Origin: Planctomycetota bacterium
Lineage (GTDB): Bacteria > Planctomycetota > UBA1135 > UBA2386
Direction: 5' to 3'
Length of the DNA: 64,000 nucleotides
Assembly: GCA_965223545.1 (NCBI GenBank)
Contig: OZ245006.1
Coordinates: forward strand, 3,712,001-3,776,000
This document shows, one piece after another, positions 9,217 to 18,103 of this stretch. The notes below the pieces were generated by a model. The model had not been told where the DNA came from, made no database searches, and saw only the letters and a list, made by a program, of their open reading frames with translations. The position numbers were made by a program, and so were the translations under genes. Numbering within the stretch: the stretch's first letter is position 1; each line of letters starts with the position of its first letter.

Positions 9217-9672
9217 GTGTCAGGTGGATTCTCAAGCCAGCGTGAGACGCAGGCCCAAGCGCTGCGTGAACGCGAGCGCGTCGCCCGACGCCGCATGCTG
9301 CTCACTGCGGCCGGGACCCTGGTGGCCGGCAGCGGCTTGGGCTTCCTCGGCGGCCGCTCTTGGGCCCCGGCGGCACCAGACGTTCAGCGCAAGCGAGTCA
9401 CGACCCCGACTGCGCTCGCCGGTCTCGCGGTCGGGCCCCTAGCCGAACTCTTGCGCGCCTCGCCGACGTATCTGAGTCTGCTCGTGCAGCACGAGCAGGT
9501 CGCGGACGCGGAGTGGTTCGGTGTCGCCCGACTCACGACCGCCGCTCTCGAAGACCACCCCGACGCCCCGGCCTCGCTGGCGCGCGGCCTACTGCGCTTC
9601 GCGCGGGCACGCGACGGAATCCCGGGCCCCATTCGCCAAGGCCTCGACCTCTTGGCCCAGCGCACGCGATGA
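9217..9672 (+). CDS. Hypothetical membrane-anchored or Tat-like protein
   Basis: In-frame GTG at 9217. RRRMLLTAAGTLVAGSGLGFLGG segment. ATGA overlap with the next ORF. Confidence 0.6.
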   Translation: MSGGFSSQRETQAQALRERERVARRRMLLTAAGTLVAGSGLGFLGGRSWAPAAPDVQRKRVTTPTALAGLAVGPLAELLRASPTYLSLLVQHEQVADAEWFGVARLTTAALEDHPDAPASLARGLLRFARARDGIPGPIRQGLDLLAQRTR

Positions 9673-9929
9673 GCAGCACACTGCAGTCTTCGCTGTCGGC
9701 CGAACCGGATCCAGCGGTCCAGGGCGAAGATCTGTGTGTGACCTATACGGGCAACGACTCACTCTACTACTCGGTGGACGACGGCCCCTTCCAGGAGCTG
9801 CCGCTCGACGGCGACGGCAACGGCACGATCCAGGTGCCGGCGGGCGCCGAGTCCATCGTGCTCTCCAACTTGAAGCTCCCGGACCCCACCAACCTCGACG
9901 TCGAGGTCATCAGCACCCGCGGTCCGTGA
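9669..9929 (+). CDS. Small acidic beta-rich hypothetical protein (86 aa)
   Basis: ATG overlaps the upstream TGA. Protein-like composition (MSSTLQ...LPLDGDGNGTIQVPAG). Confidence 0.65.
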   Translation: MSSTLQSSLSAEPDPAVQGEDLCVTYTGNDSLYYSVDDGPFQELPLDGDGNGTIQVPAGAESIVLSNLKLPDPTNLDVEVISTRGP

Positions 9930-9956
9930 GCACCGGGTGAAAGGACCGACCACGCC

Positions 9957-11232
9957 ATGCCACGCTGCCTCGTTCCCGTCTTGCTGCTCTTGCCCGCGCT
10001 CGCGTCGGGGCAGTCGGTGGTGGTACCCGCGGCCTACGCCAACGCAGAGGCGCGCTCGCTCGGTGAAGTTCCGGGCTTCACCGGCCGCTTCCGCATGCAG
10101 GTCGTGGTCGATGGATCGACGCTTTCGAGCCTGGCGGGGCGAAGCCTGGACGGCATCTGGTTGCGCCGCGACCGCCAGTTCGACCGCGCCTACCCGGCTT
10201 CTTGGGCACAGCTGCGCGTCGGCGTGTCCCACGCGCGCACGACACCCTCGACCGCGTCGCCCGCGTTCATCGCAAACCATGCAGCAGTGCCCAGTATCGT
10301 CTTCGACGGCAACTTGACGCTGCCCAGCTCGCTGCCGACGCCGCCACCCTATCCCTGGCAGAGTCCGTTCGCGGTGCGCATCCCCTTCACACCGACGTTC
10401 GCTTACGCGGGCGGCCCGCTGTGCCTGGAGTTCGAGGGCGAGGTCGGCGCCCCGCAAGGAACCTTGTGGCCTGTCGACTTCTTCCAAGAGCTCAGCGCGG
10501 CCACGGCCGCAACCAAACTCGGATGCCGCTTGTTGGCGGAACAGCTCGGAAGGCCTGACACATCCGCCGCCGCGCTGAGCCAGGAGGCACTGTCTCTCCG
10601 AGCCTCCGGCGCGGCCGCGTCGCTGCCAGGGCAGCGGCGTCGCCTCGAAAGTGTTGTCGAAGCTCGAAGATTCGAGGCGCCGGAGGCTCATTGGCAGCAC
10701 GGTGCAGAAAGTCGGCGTGCCGTGTGGTGACACCACCTCCCGCATCGGTGTGACCGCGAACACGCGCGCACGAAACCTCGCGCCGGGGAGCTCGCTTCTG
10801 GTCTCCACGTTCGGCGAACCCGGGACTTCGGGGTTGTTGGCGCTCGGCTCGACGGCGACTCAAGTGCCTCTAGCCGCATTCGGGGCGCCGGGCTGCACGC
10901 TGTACCTACAGCCCGTCGCGACGCTGCCGTTCGCCTTCCCGCTCACTGGCACCCTCGACGCCGAACACACGATCGCGCTGGCGTTGCCTGGCAGCACGGG
11001 CCTACTCAATGCGGTCTTCTTCGCACAGGCGATCAACCTCGAGACACCCGGCCGCAGCAATCCCGCCGGCCTCACGACGACGAACGCGCTGCGGCTGCAA
11101 GTGGGGTCGGTGCCGCCACCCGCCACAATGACCGTCGTCGCCACACGAGCCGTCGCCGCTGGTGCGCCTTGGCCGGCGACTGGCGACGTGTTCGTTTCCC
11201 GTGGCCCGGTGCTGCGCTTCGACGCGCGTTGA
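9957..11232 (+). pseudogene. Secreted protein gene with the shared C-terminal domain, split by a 196-bp insertion
   Basis: The 5' half (9957..10730 frame) and 3' half (10651..11232 frame) rejoin in frame as ...VDFFQEL-IGSTVQKVGVPCG... when 10495-10690 is removed. Confidence 0.85.
10495..10690. mobile_element. MITE-like structured element, copy 2 (196 bp including one GCTCA repeat)
   Basis: GCTCA direct repeat at 10490-94 and 10686-90. Inverted repeats 10490-10501/10569-10580 (12 bp) and 10600-10612/10677-10689 (13 bp). Second copy at 6962-7156. Confidence 0.85.
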
Positions 11233-11258
11233 CCGGTAACGCGATCGGGTGATGAACA

Positions 11259-11276
11259 GGAGCCTGGCTCCGTACT
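11259..11276. repeat. Short REP-like palindromic repeat, variant copy
   Basis: GGAGCC-T-GGCTCC-GTACT has the same architecture as GAGTC-A-GACTC-CGTACT. Lies between convergent genes. Confidence 0.5.
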
Positions 11277-11280
11277 ATCG

Positions 11281-12573
11281 CTAGTCGTATTGCTCGAGGA
11301 AGCGCGCAAGGAGGTGGAAGTCGCTGCTTGGCTCGATCAAGCGCACGCGGGCGCGCAAAGTGTCTTGATCGATCAGCTGATCGAACGGGACGTAGCAGAG
11401 TTCGAGCTGGCCTCGCGTCGACACCATGACGCGATCCAGGCCTTGCTCGGCGAGGGCCCGGTAGGCGCCGACGCCGAGCTGGGAACCGAGGACAACATCG
11501 AAGGCGTGCGGTCGGGCGCAGCGCGCCTCGTAGCCGAGCTGCACGCCGCGCACCTTGCGCTTCTTGCCGGTGCGCGCAGCGTACGCGGCGGTCACGCGGC
11601 GCTCGAACAGCTGCGCGGTGTTGAGTGAGCCGATGCGGATGTGGCCGTGGTCGTCGCGCGGCACGTCGCGCAACGCCTCGTCGGGCAGCATGCCGGCCAG
11701 CCCCTCGGCGATGACTACGACTCCGAAGGGCTTGCCCTCACGGTCACGCGCCACCATCTTGTCGACGATGCGCTCGACCACTCGGTCGATCACCATGACG
11801 GCGTGCTCGCGTGGCTCGCCGTGCTCGTCGGTGACGGTCTCGGTGCCGCGCAGCTCGCCGACGATGTCTTCCACGCCGATCACCAAGCTGGCCTCGCCGG
11901 CAATGGCGGCGCCGTACGCCAGCCAACCGGCGCTGCGCCCCATCGTCTCGGCGATGAAGTAGGCCCGCGTCGCCTCGGCGTCGTAGAGGAGATTGCGCAG
12001 CTCGGTGGCGAGCGTCTCGACGGCGGTGAAGTAGCCGAACGTGAAGTCGATGCCGTTGTAGTCGTTGTCGATCGTCTTGGGCACGTGGACCACGCGCACC
12101 CGCGGCTTCTCCTTCGGCAACCGCGTCTGATACGCCGCGAACAGACTCGCCGTCTTCAGCGTGTCGTCCCCGCCGATCGACACCAGCGCCTCCACTTGCA
12201 GCGAGCGCAGCGCTTCATACACGATGCGCAGGGGTTGGCAGCGCTCGGCGTCATCGAGATCCTCGGCGCAACGGATCGCCTTGCCCGGGTTGGCGCGGGC
12301 CGTGCCGAGCAGGATGCCTTGCCGGCTGCGCGAACGACGCAGCGTCGCGTGACCGAGCAAGAGATAGTCGTCGCCTTCGGCGAGCGGTCGCTGTGGACCG
12401 TACTCGAGCAATCGCGCATAGCCATGGCGGCAGCCGATCACGCCGATGCCGTTGCGAAGGAACGACACGGCAGCTGCGGAGATCACGGCGTTGGCAGCCG
12501 GCGCGGGCCCGCCGCTGAAGAGGATCGCGACGCGGGTGAAGAGCGTGGTGGGGTGCGGGGGACGGTCGACCAA
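11281..12573 (-). CDS. pfp: Pyrophosphate-dependent 6-phosphofructokinase
   Basis: SGGPAPAAN, GGDDT, PKTIDND and MGRSAGW motifs; GGDD plus PKTIDND indicate PPi use. Start uncertain (TTG 12573 chosen; the ORF is open to 12678). Confidence 0.9.
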   Translation of the reverse strand: MVDRPPHPTTLFTRVAILFSGGPAPAANAVISAAAVSFLRNGIGVIGCRHGYARLLEYGPQRPLAEGDDYLLLGHATLRRSRSRQGILLGTARANPGKAIRCAEDLDDAERCQPLRIVYEALRSLQVEALVSIGGDDTLKTASLFAAYQTRLPKEKPRVRVVHVPKTIDNDYNGIDFTFGYFTAVETLATELRNLLYDAEATRAYFIAETMGRSAGWLAYGAAIAGEASLVIGVEDIVGELRGTETVTDEHGEPREHAVMVIDRVVERIVDKMVARDREGKPFGVVVIAEGLAGMLPDEALRDVPRDDHGHIRIGSLNTAQLFERRVTAAYAARTGKKRKVRGVQLGYEARCARPHAFDVVLGSQLGVGAYRALAEQGLDRVMVSTRGQLELCYVPFDQLIDQDTLRARVRLIEPSSDFHLLARFLEQYD

Positions 12574-12752
12574 AGGACGTATCCGGGATGGGAGCCAGCG
12601 AGTTCGGCGAAGGACGCGTTTTAAGCGGATCGTGACCCCGACGGCAATCGGGCGGAAGGTACCGAACGGTAGTGTCAAGCGATATCAGCAATACTAGCAC
12701 GGCAGAGCAAGCTTCCATAGAGGCCGGGCGCCTTTGTTCTGACACTAGTCAT

Positions 12753-13100
12753 TCACTCTAGATGCAGCCGACCAGCCCTCCACTCTTGCAATACCATCTT
12801 GGCAGAGAAACCCGTGAGGTCCGGCCGTTCCGCGACTCTCTCCAACACCGTTTCCGCCTCCTTTGCCTGTGAGGCCTCTGCCAACAAGTATGTTGCGGCT
12901 AGGTACTTGACATGGTCGTCGTCATTTTCCAAGAACGGTGTGAGGGCTTCTGCCGTAACCTGCATCTCGCGCGCTCGCCTAACGAGCAGCACTAGTTTGT
13001 GGTATTCCCCGTTCGCCGCCTCACTGTTGCCGACCTCGAGAGCTTCCCCCTGTCGGCGAGCCGACCGAACAAAACTCTCTCGCAATTCATGCATATTCAT
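12753..13100 (-). CDS. DUF2019-like immunity protein
   Basis: F...A..QGEALE.GN...AN..Y, L..FLE.DD.HVKY.AA..LL and FSAKMVLQEWRAG.L motifs. Visibly lower GC than the flanks. Confidence 0.75.
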   Translation of the reverse strand: MNMHELRESFVRSARRQGEALEVGNSEAANGEYHKLVLLVRRAREMQVTAEALTPFLENDDDHVKYLAATYLLAEASQAKEAETVLERVAERPDLTGFSAKMVLQEWRAGRLHLE

Positions 13101-13438
13101 TGGGTTACTCCGAACTGTCGCAGCGCAAACGCGTGTTGCTGGGTGAGCGGCTCCCTTTTCATCCAGCTCTCCACATTGGGCCCATTGGGAGACGGCTGTA
13201 TGCTGCTATAAGATCCAGAAACTTGTCTGTCCACGGGCAAGGGTTCCGCAACAATGTTGTTTGTGTTCAGTATCGCGTTCGCGCCGAACTGGCCAATCTT
13301 ACTCTGCACGGCCATCCATCCCACCATCGCTTGCCCGACTCGGACACGTGTTTCCAGCGATCGGCTAAGCGGACGCAACTCGAGCGCCGACCGGGGGGCC
13401 AAGGGCGAAGAGCGGGCGAGTGGCAGCCGCTCGCTCAT
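13097..13438 (-). pseudogene. Truncated/degenerate polymorphic-toxin C-terminal (putative nuclease) fragment
   Basis: IGQFGANAILNTNNI...VSGSYSSIQP...VESWM...QQHAFAL resembles toxin tips found upstream of DUF2019. ATGA overlap with the immunity gene. No Rhs or delivery domain. Confidence 0.55.
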
Positions 13439-13503
13439 TTCTCAACTCTGACCCGCCCAGAAATCGGTCGACACGAGCGGCGCCCGGTCGCGACGATGGG
13501 CCC

Positions 13504-15036
13504 GTGACTCGATCCAACGGCAACTGCGCGAGCGCGTCGGCTCTTCTCACCACCGTGCTGCTGTCCTGCGCGCCGCATACGGTCGCGGATGGAACGCAGA
13601 GCCAGCGTCCGAACATCGTCGTCATCCTGGCAGACGACATGGGCTACGGCGACGTCGGCGCGCTGAACTCGGCGTCGTCGATCCCGACCCCGAACCTCGA
13701 CCGGCTGGCCCGAGAGGGGATGACCTTTACCGACGGCCACTCGCCCTCCGCGGTGTGCACGCCGACCCGCTACGCGATGCTGACCGGGCGCTACTGCTGG
13801 CGCACCCGGCTGAAGAGCGGCGTCCTCGGTGGCTACAGCCCGCCGTTGCTGGAGCCCGGCAGACGCACCTTTGCCGACCTTCTCGCCGGGAACGGCTACG
13901 CGACCGCGGCGATCGGCAAGTGGCACCTCGGCATGCGGATGCCGGTGCTGGCCGATGACGCCAACCGCAACCAGTGGCAGGGTGACCCGGGCATCGACTG
14001 GGACGGCAGGATCGAAGCCGGCCCGACCACCCACGGCTTCGGCTACTACTTCGGAATCAGCGCGTCGCTGGACATGGCGCCCTATGTCTACATCCGCGAC
14101 GACCGCTTCACGATGGCGCCAACGGAGCAGCAGCCCGCGGTTGCGTTTCCGCATTTCGTCCGCCAGGGGCCACGCGCAGCGGACTTCACGCCCGACACCG
14201 TTCTCGACCGCCTCACCGAAGAGGCCGTCGCGTTCGTGCAAAGGGCAGCGGCCCAGTCCGCACCGTTCCTGCTCTATTTGCCGCTGAGCGCACCACACAA
14301 GCCGACGCAGCCGCACGAGCGGTTCCGCGGCAATACCGGTCTCGGCGAGTACGGAGACTTCGTCGCGCAGGTCGACTGGAGCGTCGGCGCCGTGATGGAC
14401 AGCCTCGAGGCAGCAGGAGTGCTGGATGACACTCTGTTGATCTACACCTCCGACAACGGATCGTACATGCGCCGGCTCGCCGGCACCGAGAAAGACCACG
14501 TCGACGACCCGAAGGTGCAGGCCTATCGCACCGACCGGCACCGACCCAACGGGAACCTGCGCGGCACCAAGGCGGACATTTGGGAAGCCGGTCATCGTGT
14601 GCCCCTGCTGGTGCGGTGGCCCGGCGTCGTGGCGAAGGGAAGCCGGTGCGCGACGACCGTGTGCACCGTCGATCTGTTCGCCACGTTCGCCGAGATCGTC
14701 GGTGCGGAAGTCGGCGCGGACGAGGCCGAAGACAGCCTCTCCATGCTGTCCCTGCTGCGCGGAGGCGACACTCCACGGGCAGCGCCCGTCGTCCATCACT
14801 CGGCGTCCGGCATGTTCGCGGTGCGCGAAGGCCGCTGGAAGCTCGTGCTCGGCAACGGCTCGGGTGGTCGCGAGGCCCCCAAGGGAAAACCGTTCGAGCC
14901 GCCGTTCTCGCTGTTCGACCTGGAGGCCGATCCGGGCGAGACCCAGGATCTCGCGGCCGAACGCCCCGAAATCGTCGAGCACCTGACCGCGGTGTTGGAC
15001 CAACTGCGCAAGCGCGGCCGCAGCGTGGCACGATAG
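13504..15036 (+). CDS. Arylsulfatase (formylglycine-dependent, Cys-type)
   Basis: RPNIVVILADDMGYGD, CTPTRYAMLTGR, GKWHLG, TSDNG and WEAGHRVP motifs. Start uncertain (GTG 13504); possible lipobox LLSC. Confidence 0.95.
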   Translation: MTRSNGNCASASALLTTVLLSCAPHTVADGTQSQRPNIVVILADDMGYGDVGALNSASSIPTPNLDRLAREGMTFTDGHSPSAVCTPTRYAMLTGRYCWRTRLKSGVLGGYSPPLLEPGRRTFADLLAGNGYATAAIGKWHLGMRMPVLADDANRNQWQGDPGIDWDGRIEAGPTTHGFGYYFGISASLDMAPYVYIRDDRFTMAPTEQQPAVAFPHFVRQGPRAADFTPDTVLDRLTEEAVAFVQRAAAQSAPFLLYLPLSAPHKPTQPHERFRGNTGLGEYGDFVAQVDWSVGAVMDSLEAAGVLDDTLLIYTSDNGSYMRRLAGTEKDHVDDPKVQAYRTDRHRPNGNLRGTKADIWEAGHRVPLLVRWPGVVAKGSRCATTVCTVDLFATFAEIVGAEVGADEAEDSLSMLSLLRGGDTPRAAPVVHHSASGMFAVREGRWKLVLGNGSGGREAPKGKPFEPPFSLFDLEADPGETQDLAAERPEIVEHLTAVLDQLRKRGRSVAR

Positions 15037-15057
15037 CGGCACCCGCTCCGCCATCGC

Positions 15058-15918
15058 ATGCGCAATCATCCAGACACGCCTCTGCCTCGATTGCACCGGC
15101 CGACGGCGGCCGCGTTCCGCCGCTTCGAATCCGCCGGCCAGCCCTGCGTGATCACCGGTGTCGCCACCGAGTGGCCAGCGATGCAGCGCTGGGACGTGCC
15201 GTATCTCGTTGACGCCGCTGGCGACGCCTGGCTCGATGCCCACTTCCGAGAAGACGGTGATTTCCGGCTGTACTACACGCCCCTCGGTCGCGACGATCGG
15301 CGCATTCGGTTGCGCGATCTGCTGACGATTCTCACAGCCGAACCGCCCGATCGACGCTACTTCGTCACCGAGACCGACCTCGACTTGTTGTCGGATGCGT
15401 TGGTACACGACGTCGACGCCCATCCCTACACCGATGGGTCGCCGCGGCTGTTCCTCGGGCGCGACACGTGCATGCCACTTCACTTCCATGCCACGACCGA
15501 GGCGCTGCTGTGCCAGCTGCGGGGCGAGAAGGAGGTCGTGCTCTACTCACCGGCTCAGTACGGCAACCTGTACCCGAACTCGTGGCGGTCGCCGTCGTGG
15601 CTGTTCAGCAGGATCGAGACGGCGCGGCAGGTGCAGGCCTTCGACGGCCCGACCGCGCATCTCCGCTTGGCAGACAGGCCCGATGCCGCCTATCCACGGT
15701 TCGACCGAGCGCAGCCGCTCAGGGTGCGGCTGCGACCCGGAGAGATGCTGTACCTGCCGGTGCAATGGTGGCACCTGACGACCTGCGCCGGTTTTCAGTA
15801 CAACGTGACCTTCTTCTGGCGCTCGCAACGCCGGCGCTACTGCTACCCACAGCCCGGCTTCCAAGTGCTGCTGCGCGAAGTCTGGGCCAGGACACGAGGG
15901 CGACGGCCGCGGACGTGA
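15058..15918 (+). CDS. JmjC/Cupin_8-like domain protein
   Basis: QPCVITGVATEWPAMQRW, PLHFH, GEKEVVLYSP and LRPGEMLYLPVQWWH motifs. Confidence 0.85.
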   Translation: MRNHPDTPLPRLHRPTAAAFRRFESAGQPCVITGVATEWPAMQRWDVPYLVDAAGDAWLDAHFREDGDFRLYYTPLGRDDRRIRLRDLLTILTAEPPDRRYFVTETDLDLLSDALVHDVDAHPYTDGSPRLFLGRDTCMPLHFHATTEALLCQLRGEKEVVLYSPAQYGNLYPNSWRSPSWLFSRIETARQVQAFDGPTAHLRLADRPDAAYPRFDRAQPLRVRLRPGEMLYLPVQWWHLTTCAGFQYNVTFFWRSQRRRYCYPQPGFQVLLREVWARTRGRRPRT

Positions 15919-15937
15919 CCCGCCGGCCCGGCGGTCG
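15917..15937. terminator. GC-rich hairpin between convergent genes
   Basis: GACCCGCCGG-C-CCGGCGGTC imperfect inverted repeat. No U-tract. Confidence 0.3.
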
Positions 15938-15942
15938 ACACC

Positions 15943-17445
15943 TCACTCCCCTTTCCAGCGAGCGACATAGGCATCCACGACGGCCTTGGCGATCGCCTCG
16001 CCCTCGAAGCCCACGTTGGTCATCACCACGACTGCCCGGTTGGCGTCGGGGTGCAGCTCGACATGCGCGTAGAACGTGCCACCCGATCCCGCGTGCCAGT
16101 GCACGCGCTCCCCCTCCTGCTGGGCGAGGATCCAACCGGCCGCGTAGGTCGACCCGTCGAACCCCGGGGCGTGCAGCGTGCGCACGACATCGGCAGCCAA
16201 CGGCCCCTCCTCGCCACGCAGCGCGGCAAGGTGTGCGGAGGCATACCGCGCGAGGTCGCGTGCCGAGCAACAGACGTCACCTGCCGGCGCGAAGAAGGGA
16301 CCGACTTGATACTCGCCGAACCCCAGAGCTCGACGCGACCCCGGCGACCCGTCATGACCGCGCGGCTGGCCGCGGCGCGCCGCGGTCGCCGGCCAGCCAA
16401 TGTCAGCCGTCGCCATGCCCAAGGGTGCGAACAAACGCTTTCGCAACAGCTCCGCCCACGGGGTCTCGGTCGCAACCTCGGCGACATGGCCGGCGATGGT
16501 GTAGCCCGCGTTGGAGTAGGCGTAGTGCTCGCCCGGTGTGCCCAACGGCTCCTCGCCGAGCACCCGCGCGACGAAGAACGCCCGCTGCGCGACCTCGCCC
16601 TCGGCCCGAGCCATCAACTCGGCCTCCAACGAATCGTCCATCGTGAGGTACTGCCGCACGCCGGCGCGGTGACGCACGAGGTGCGCGAGGGTCACCTCGC
16701 GATACGCGTCGAGCATGTCGATGCCCGGCAGAAGCTCGGCCAAGGGCGCATCCCAGCGGAGCACCCCCTCGGCAACGAGACCGCCGATCACGGTCGCCGT
16801 CATCGATTTGGTGATCGAGCCGAGATGGAAGCGATCATCGATCTCACAGGGAGCCTCCTCCCCTGCGACGCGGTGGCCTGCGACCCCGGCGTCGACGATC
16901 GCTCCCCCTTCGACGACTGCGGCGGCAACCGCCGGGACGCGGGCGTCGGCAACCACCCGTTCGAGCAGGTCCGACAGAGATTCGAAGTCGCGATACGGAC
17001 CGAGCGGGGTCTGGTTTTCGACGAACGGCCGGATGCTCAAGCCGCGCAGGCGGGAGGGACTGTCGTCGGTCAGATCGAGCTGCACCCGCAACGGCACCGG
17101 GACGACATCGGAGCGCGCCAGCACGGCGATCGATGCCGGCTCGGTGGCGAGGACGCGCACCGGTGTCAGGTTGCCGATCTGCCGGCGCATGCCCTGCCAG
17201 TTCTCGACCCTGTCGGCCGCCGACTTTTCGGCGAGCTTCTCGGCGGAACGCCACCGCGCTTCGAAGGCGACGATGGCGTCATCGCCGCCGTCCGCGATGG
17301 TGTCGAACCATGCCTTGGCGATCGTTCCAGCCGTCGTGCCGGGCCAAGTCAGAGGTGGCGCAGGAGTTTCCTGGCCGATAGCGGGCGACCCTAGCGCAGC
17401 CAAGACAGCAGCGGCGAGGAGAGAAAGTGATGGGCGACGATCCAT
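15943..17445 (-). CDS. Secreted serine hydrolase (beta-lactamase/PBP family)
   Basis: Signal peptide, SITK (SxxK), YSN and WHAGS motifs. Confidence 0.9.
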   Translation of the reverse strand: MDRRPSLSLLAAAVLAALGSPAIGQETPAPPLTWPGTTAGTIAKAWFDTIADGGDDAIVAFEARWRSAEKLAEKSAADRVENWQGMRRQIGNLTPVRVLATEPASIAVLARSDVVPVPLRVQLDLTDDSPSRLRGLSIRPFVENQTPLGPYRDFESLSDLLERVVADARVPAVAAAVVEGGAIVDAGVAGHRVAGEEAPCEIDDRFHLGSITKSMTATVIGGLVAEGVLRWDAPLAELLPGIDMLDAYREVTLAHLVRHRAGVRQYLTMDDSLEAELMARAEGEVAQRAFFVARVLGEEPLGTPGEHYAYSNAGYTIAGHVAEVATETPWAELLRKRLFAPLGMATADIGWPATAARRGQPRGHDGSPGSRRALGFGEYQVGPFFAPAGDVCCSARDLARYASAHLAALRGEEGPLAADVVRTLHAPGFDGSTYAAGWILAQQEGERVHWHAGSGGTFYAHVELHPDANRAVVVMTNVGFEGEAIAKAVVDAYVARWKGE

Positions 17446-17476
17446 GCGATCCAGTCCGACTCGGGTGCCGCACTAT

Positions 17477-17502
17477 ACTAAAATTCTCGCGTATTTTTTA
17501 GT
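17477..17502. promoter_or_regulatory. Candidate operator in the divergent promoter region
   Basis: ACTAAAA (17477-83) and TTTTAGT (17496-502) form an inverted repeat in an AT-rich patch between the hydrolase and the regulator. Confidence 0.55.
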
Positions 17503-17525
17503 TATCGCCAACGTATTCTGTCGCG

Positions 17526-18092
17526 ATGCCGCGCCGGGACGTGCACTACATCCGCGACACCGAACAGCTCGCGGCGATCGTGTCCCCGCCGCGCCAACGC
17601 GTCATCGCGGCGCTGCGTGAGCGCGGCGAGGCGACCGTCGCCGAGCTCGCCGACGACCTCGGTGAGAAGGCCGAGGCGCTCTACTACCACGTGCACAAGC
17701 TGGTCGACGCCGGCCTGGTCATCGAGCTCGATCCGCGTCCAGGCCTGCGCCGGCCGCAGTCCGTCTACCGCCTGATACGCCCCGGGCTGATGGTCGACCC
17801 CAAGTGTCGCGACGAGGGGTTTCTCGACACGCTAGGCCAGCTCTACGCGAGCGCGGTGCGCGAAGCACAGCGCAACCTCGAGCGCGCGCTCGAACGCGAA
17901 CGCGAGCGCTCCCCTCGGCGGGACCGCGACACCGGAGTCCTGGTGCTGCAGGCGCGGCTCGCGCCAGCGCACGTGGCGCAGCTGCGCGAGCTTCTGCTGC
18001 AAGCCTGCGACTTCATGGTCGCCCACGACGATCCAACCCAGCAGCGCTACTCGATGACGGCGATCGCCTCTCCCGTGGTCCGCCGCCGTTGA
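17526..18092 (+). CDS. ArsR-like winged-helix transcriptional regulator
   Basis: SPPRQRVIAAL...ATVAELADDLG....LYYHVHKLVDAGLV. Confidence 0.85.
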   Translation: MPRRDVHYIRDTEQLAAIVSPPRQRVIAALRERGEATVAELADDLGEKAEALYYHVHKLVDAGLVIELDPRPGLRRPQSVYRLIRPGLMVDPKCRDEGFLDTLGQLYASAVREAQRNLERALERERERSPRRDRDTGVLVLQARLAPAHVAQLRELLLQACDFMVAHDDPTQQRYSMTAIASPVVRRR

Positions 18093-18103
18093 CGTTCTGG
18101 CTG

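Noticed and set aside
10495..10690. Group I or group II intron
   Set aside because: No junction register gives a 5'-exon U with a terminal G, there are no GUGYG...AY ends, and no recognisable catalytic core. Splicing by another route can only be tested with RNA reads.
12670..12747. TAGTGTCA/TGACACTA 8-bp inverted repeat at the islet edge as IS ends
   Set aside because: Too short, with no target duplication, second copy or transposase.
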